Shown here: positions 13,437-15,407 of the stretch, one piece after another
How the letters are laid out: every line of letters starts with the position of its first letter
How positions within the stretch are numbered: the stretch's first letter is position 1
DNA from: Acidobacteriota bacterium
GTDB lineage: Bacteria > Acidobacteriota > Thermoanaerobaculia > Multivoradales > UBA5704
Direction of reading: 5' to 3'
Length of the DNA stretch: 15,407 nucleotides
NCBI GenBank assembly: GCA_040005235.1
Contig: JBDTZG010000096.1
Span: forward strand, 1 to 15,407
The notes under the pieces: generated by a model
The model's database searches: none
Seen by the model: only the letters and a program-made list of their open reading frames with translations
What the model was told of the DNA's origin: nothing
Made by a program: the position numbers and the translations under genes

Positions 13437-15407
13437 ATGAGCGACAGCCCCACCCCGCCCGAGGTCGCCAACTCCCCGGCACCTGTGACGGCCCCGTCGC
13501 GGCGACGCATTCGGGACCGCTTGGTGCTGGAGTCGATCCTGTGGCTGATCGTCCTGTTCGCGCTTCTGCTCGGCAGCATCGTCCTGATCATGAACACCTA
13601 CGGCAGGCGCTTGGTGATCGCGGAGACGAAGCGCCGGATCGAAGAGGCGGGGAACCGCCGGGTGGCCGAGCTGGAGCGGCGCTCGCATGAGATTTCGACC
13701 CTGGTCCGGACGATCGCCAAGGTCGCCGAAGGGCTGCCCAAAGACGAGGCGACGTTCGGTCAGAGCCTGCCGCCGCTGCTCAACCTGGGTGGCGACCGCG
13801 GCATTGCGGGGGGCGGCTACTGGCCCGAACCGCAGACATTTACCCCGGGGATCGATCGCCGGAGCTTCTTTTGGGGGCGCGACGGACGGGGGCAACTTCA
13901 GCCCAGCAACGGCTACAACGAGACGTTCGGCCCCGGGTACCACAACGAGGAATGGTACGTACCGCTCAAGTTTCGGGCGCCGGGCAGCGTCTTTTGGAGC
14001 GGCGCCTACACCGACCCCTACACCTTGACGCCCAAGGTCACCTGCTCGTCGGGCGTGTTCGAAGGGGGCCGGTTCGTCGGTGCGGCGACGGTCGATCTGG
14101 AGCTTTCGGGGCTCTCGAACCTGGTGGCGACCTGGCAGCAGTCGGGCGGCGGCTACGTCTTCCTGCTCGACCGGAACGGCAAATTTTTGACCTTCCCGAA
14201 GCTCGAAATGGTCACCACCCGCAGCATCGACGAGAAGGGCAACCGGCCGGAGAACCTCATCACCGGCGAGGCCCTGGCGGAGAAAAACCCCGGCTTCCTG
14301 CCCATCGCGAACGCCCTGGCCGCGATGGATCGAGACATCCTCAACCGCGCCAAGATCACGCGGGGATTCGATCCGTCGGCCGCCGCCAAGATCGACCAGG
14401 GGAGCTACGCGATCGAGCGGCCGGAAGCCGAAACCATCGCGGCGATCCAAGTGGACCCGCTCGCCCGGCAGCGCCAGGTCCGGGGCAACCTCTACTCGAC
14501 CGTCGAAGTGGCGGAAGATCCGGTCGGCGGCCAGCGCGCCCTGGCGTTTCTGTTCCACGTGCCCGACTCCTACTGGAAACTGGTCTACGTCACCCCGGTC
14601 GCCGCGGCCGAAGGGGTCGCCACCACCATTTCGCGACTGCTCGTCCTGGCTCTCGCCGGCATCATCCTGCCGGTGCTCGTCCTAGCCTACCTGTTCCTCC
14701 GCCGCCGGTTGATCCGGCCGGTCACCGACCTGTCCGCCACCGCTACGAGGGTCCGGGACGGCGATCTCCTCGCCCGGGCGCCGGTTTCCGGGCGCGACGA
14801 GCTGGGCGTGCTCGCCGATTCGTTCAACCAGATGGTCGGGCGGCTGCGCGACAACGCGATGAGCCTCACGGCGACCAACGCCGAGCTGGCCCGCAGTCTC
14901 CAGATGACCGACACGATCATGGGCAGCGTCGCCGAGGGCCTGTTCCTGCTCGATCCGGACCTCAAGATCGCCCCCAAGTACTCGGCTGCGCTGCGCGGCA
15001 TTCTGGGCGAATCCGAGCTCGGCGGCGGCGATTTCCTGGAGCTGCTCAAACGCATCACGCCGGCCAAGACCCACGACCTCACGGTGCGCTTCTTGAAGCT
15101 TCTGTTCAATCCGGCGAAGACCGACAGCGTAGTCGGCAAGATCAACCCGTTGAAGGAGATCGAAGCGGCATTCCCGGACGAGCACGGCCAGCTTCAGCCG
15201 AAGTTTCTCGCCTTCTCCTTCGAACGCATCCGCGAGCGAGACGAGGTGCGTCAGGCGATGGTGACCGTCTCGGACGTCACGGCGAAAGTGGAGCTGGCCC
15301 AACAGCTCGCTGAATCCAAGCAGCGGATGGAACGGCAGGCCGAGCTGTTGCTGTCGATCATGCACGTCGAGCCCGAGATGCTGCGCGATTTCATCGAAGG
15401 CGCCCAC
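13437..15407 (+). CDS. Membrane sensor TM-dCache-TM-HAMP-PAS, probably a CheA-like (class III) histidine kinase; 3'-truncated by window
   Basis: Manual translation gives 657 codons without a stop (not in the ORF track), with RBS AAGGAGAGG. MSDSPT…TM1 (ILWLIVLFALLLGSIVLIM)…AGGGYWPEP…RRSFFWGRD…GYHNEEWY…WSGAYTDPYT…FVGAATVDL…TM2…HAMP (IRPVTDL…DGDL…RDELGVLADSFNQM)…PAS (IMGSVAEGLFLLD…VTVSDVT)…LLLSIMHVEPEMLRDFI. Confidence 0.88.
   Translation, partial: MSDSPTPPEVANSPAPVTAPSRRRIRDRLVLESILWLIVLFALLLGSIVLIMNTYGRRLVIAETKRRIEEAGNRRVAELERRSHEISTLVRTIAKVAEGLPKDEATFGQSLPPLLNLGGDRGIAGGGYWPEPQTFTPGIDRRSFFWGRDGRGQLQPSNGYNETFGPGYHNEEWYVPLKFRAPGSVFWSGAYTDPYTLTPKVTCSSGVFEGGRFVGAATVDLELSGLSNLVATWQQSGGGYVFLLDRNGKFLTFPKLEMVTTRSIDEKGNRPENLITGEALAEKNPGFLPIANALAAMDRDILNRAKITRGFDPSAAAKIDQGSYAIERPEAETIAAIQVDPLARQRQVRGNLYSTVEVAEDPVGGQRALAFLFHVPDSYWKLVYVTPVAAAEGVATTISRLLVLALAGIILPVLVLAYLFLRRRLIRPVTDLSATATRVRDGDLLARAPVSGRDELGVLADSFNQMVGRLRDNAMSLTATNAELARSLQMTDTIMGSVAEGLFLLDPDLKIAPKYSAALRGILGESELGGGDFLELLKRITPAKTHDLTVRFLKLLFNPAKTDSVVGKINPLKEIEAAFPDEHGQLQPKFLAFSFERIRERDEVRQAMVTVSDVTAKVELAQQLAESKQRMERQAELLLSIMHVEPEMLRDFIEGAH

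Overview
High-GC bacterial window (lineage guess: Acidobacteriota/Thermoanaerobaculia-like or myxobacteria-like, not established). The left ~1.45 kb is visibly lower in GC and looks like the edge of a defence island. It holds a restriction-endonuclease/nSTAND3 NTPase gene broken by a 2-bp frameshift and apparently by an IS end at a CTAG, plus a small orphan ORF. Next is an AAA_14/DUF4143 ATPase whose start codon lies inside the first of two tandem 41-bp palindromes, each embedding a promoter-like element. The rest is a POT peptide transporter, chorismate mutase/prephenate dehydrogenase (tyrA), a REP-like element, a soluble TPR-like Ser/Thr kinase converging on an orphan 50-aa lanthipeptide-like precursor, a Fet4-like permease, mscL, a quinone oxidoreductase, a long acyl-CoA dehydrogenase and a GNAT. 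It ends with a dCache-HAMP-PAS membrane sensor (probably a class III CheA-like histidine kinase) that is missing from the ORF track and runs off the right edge. Three plus-strand genes have sigma54-like -24/-12 motifs.
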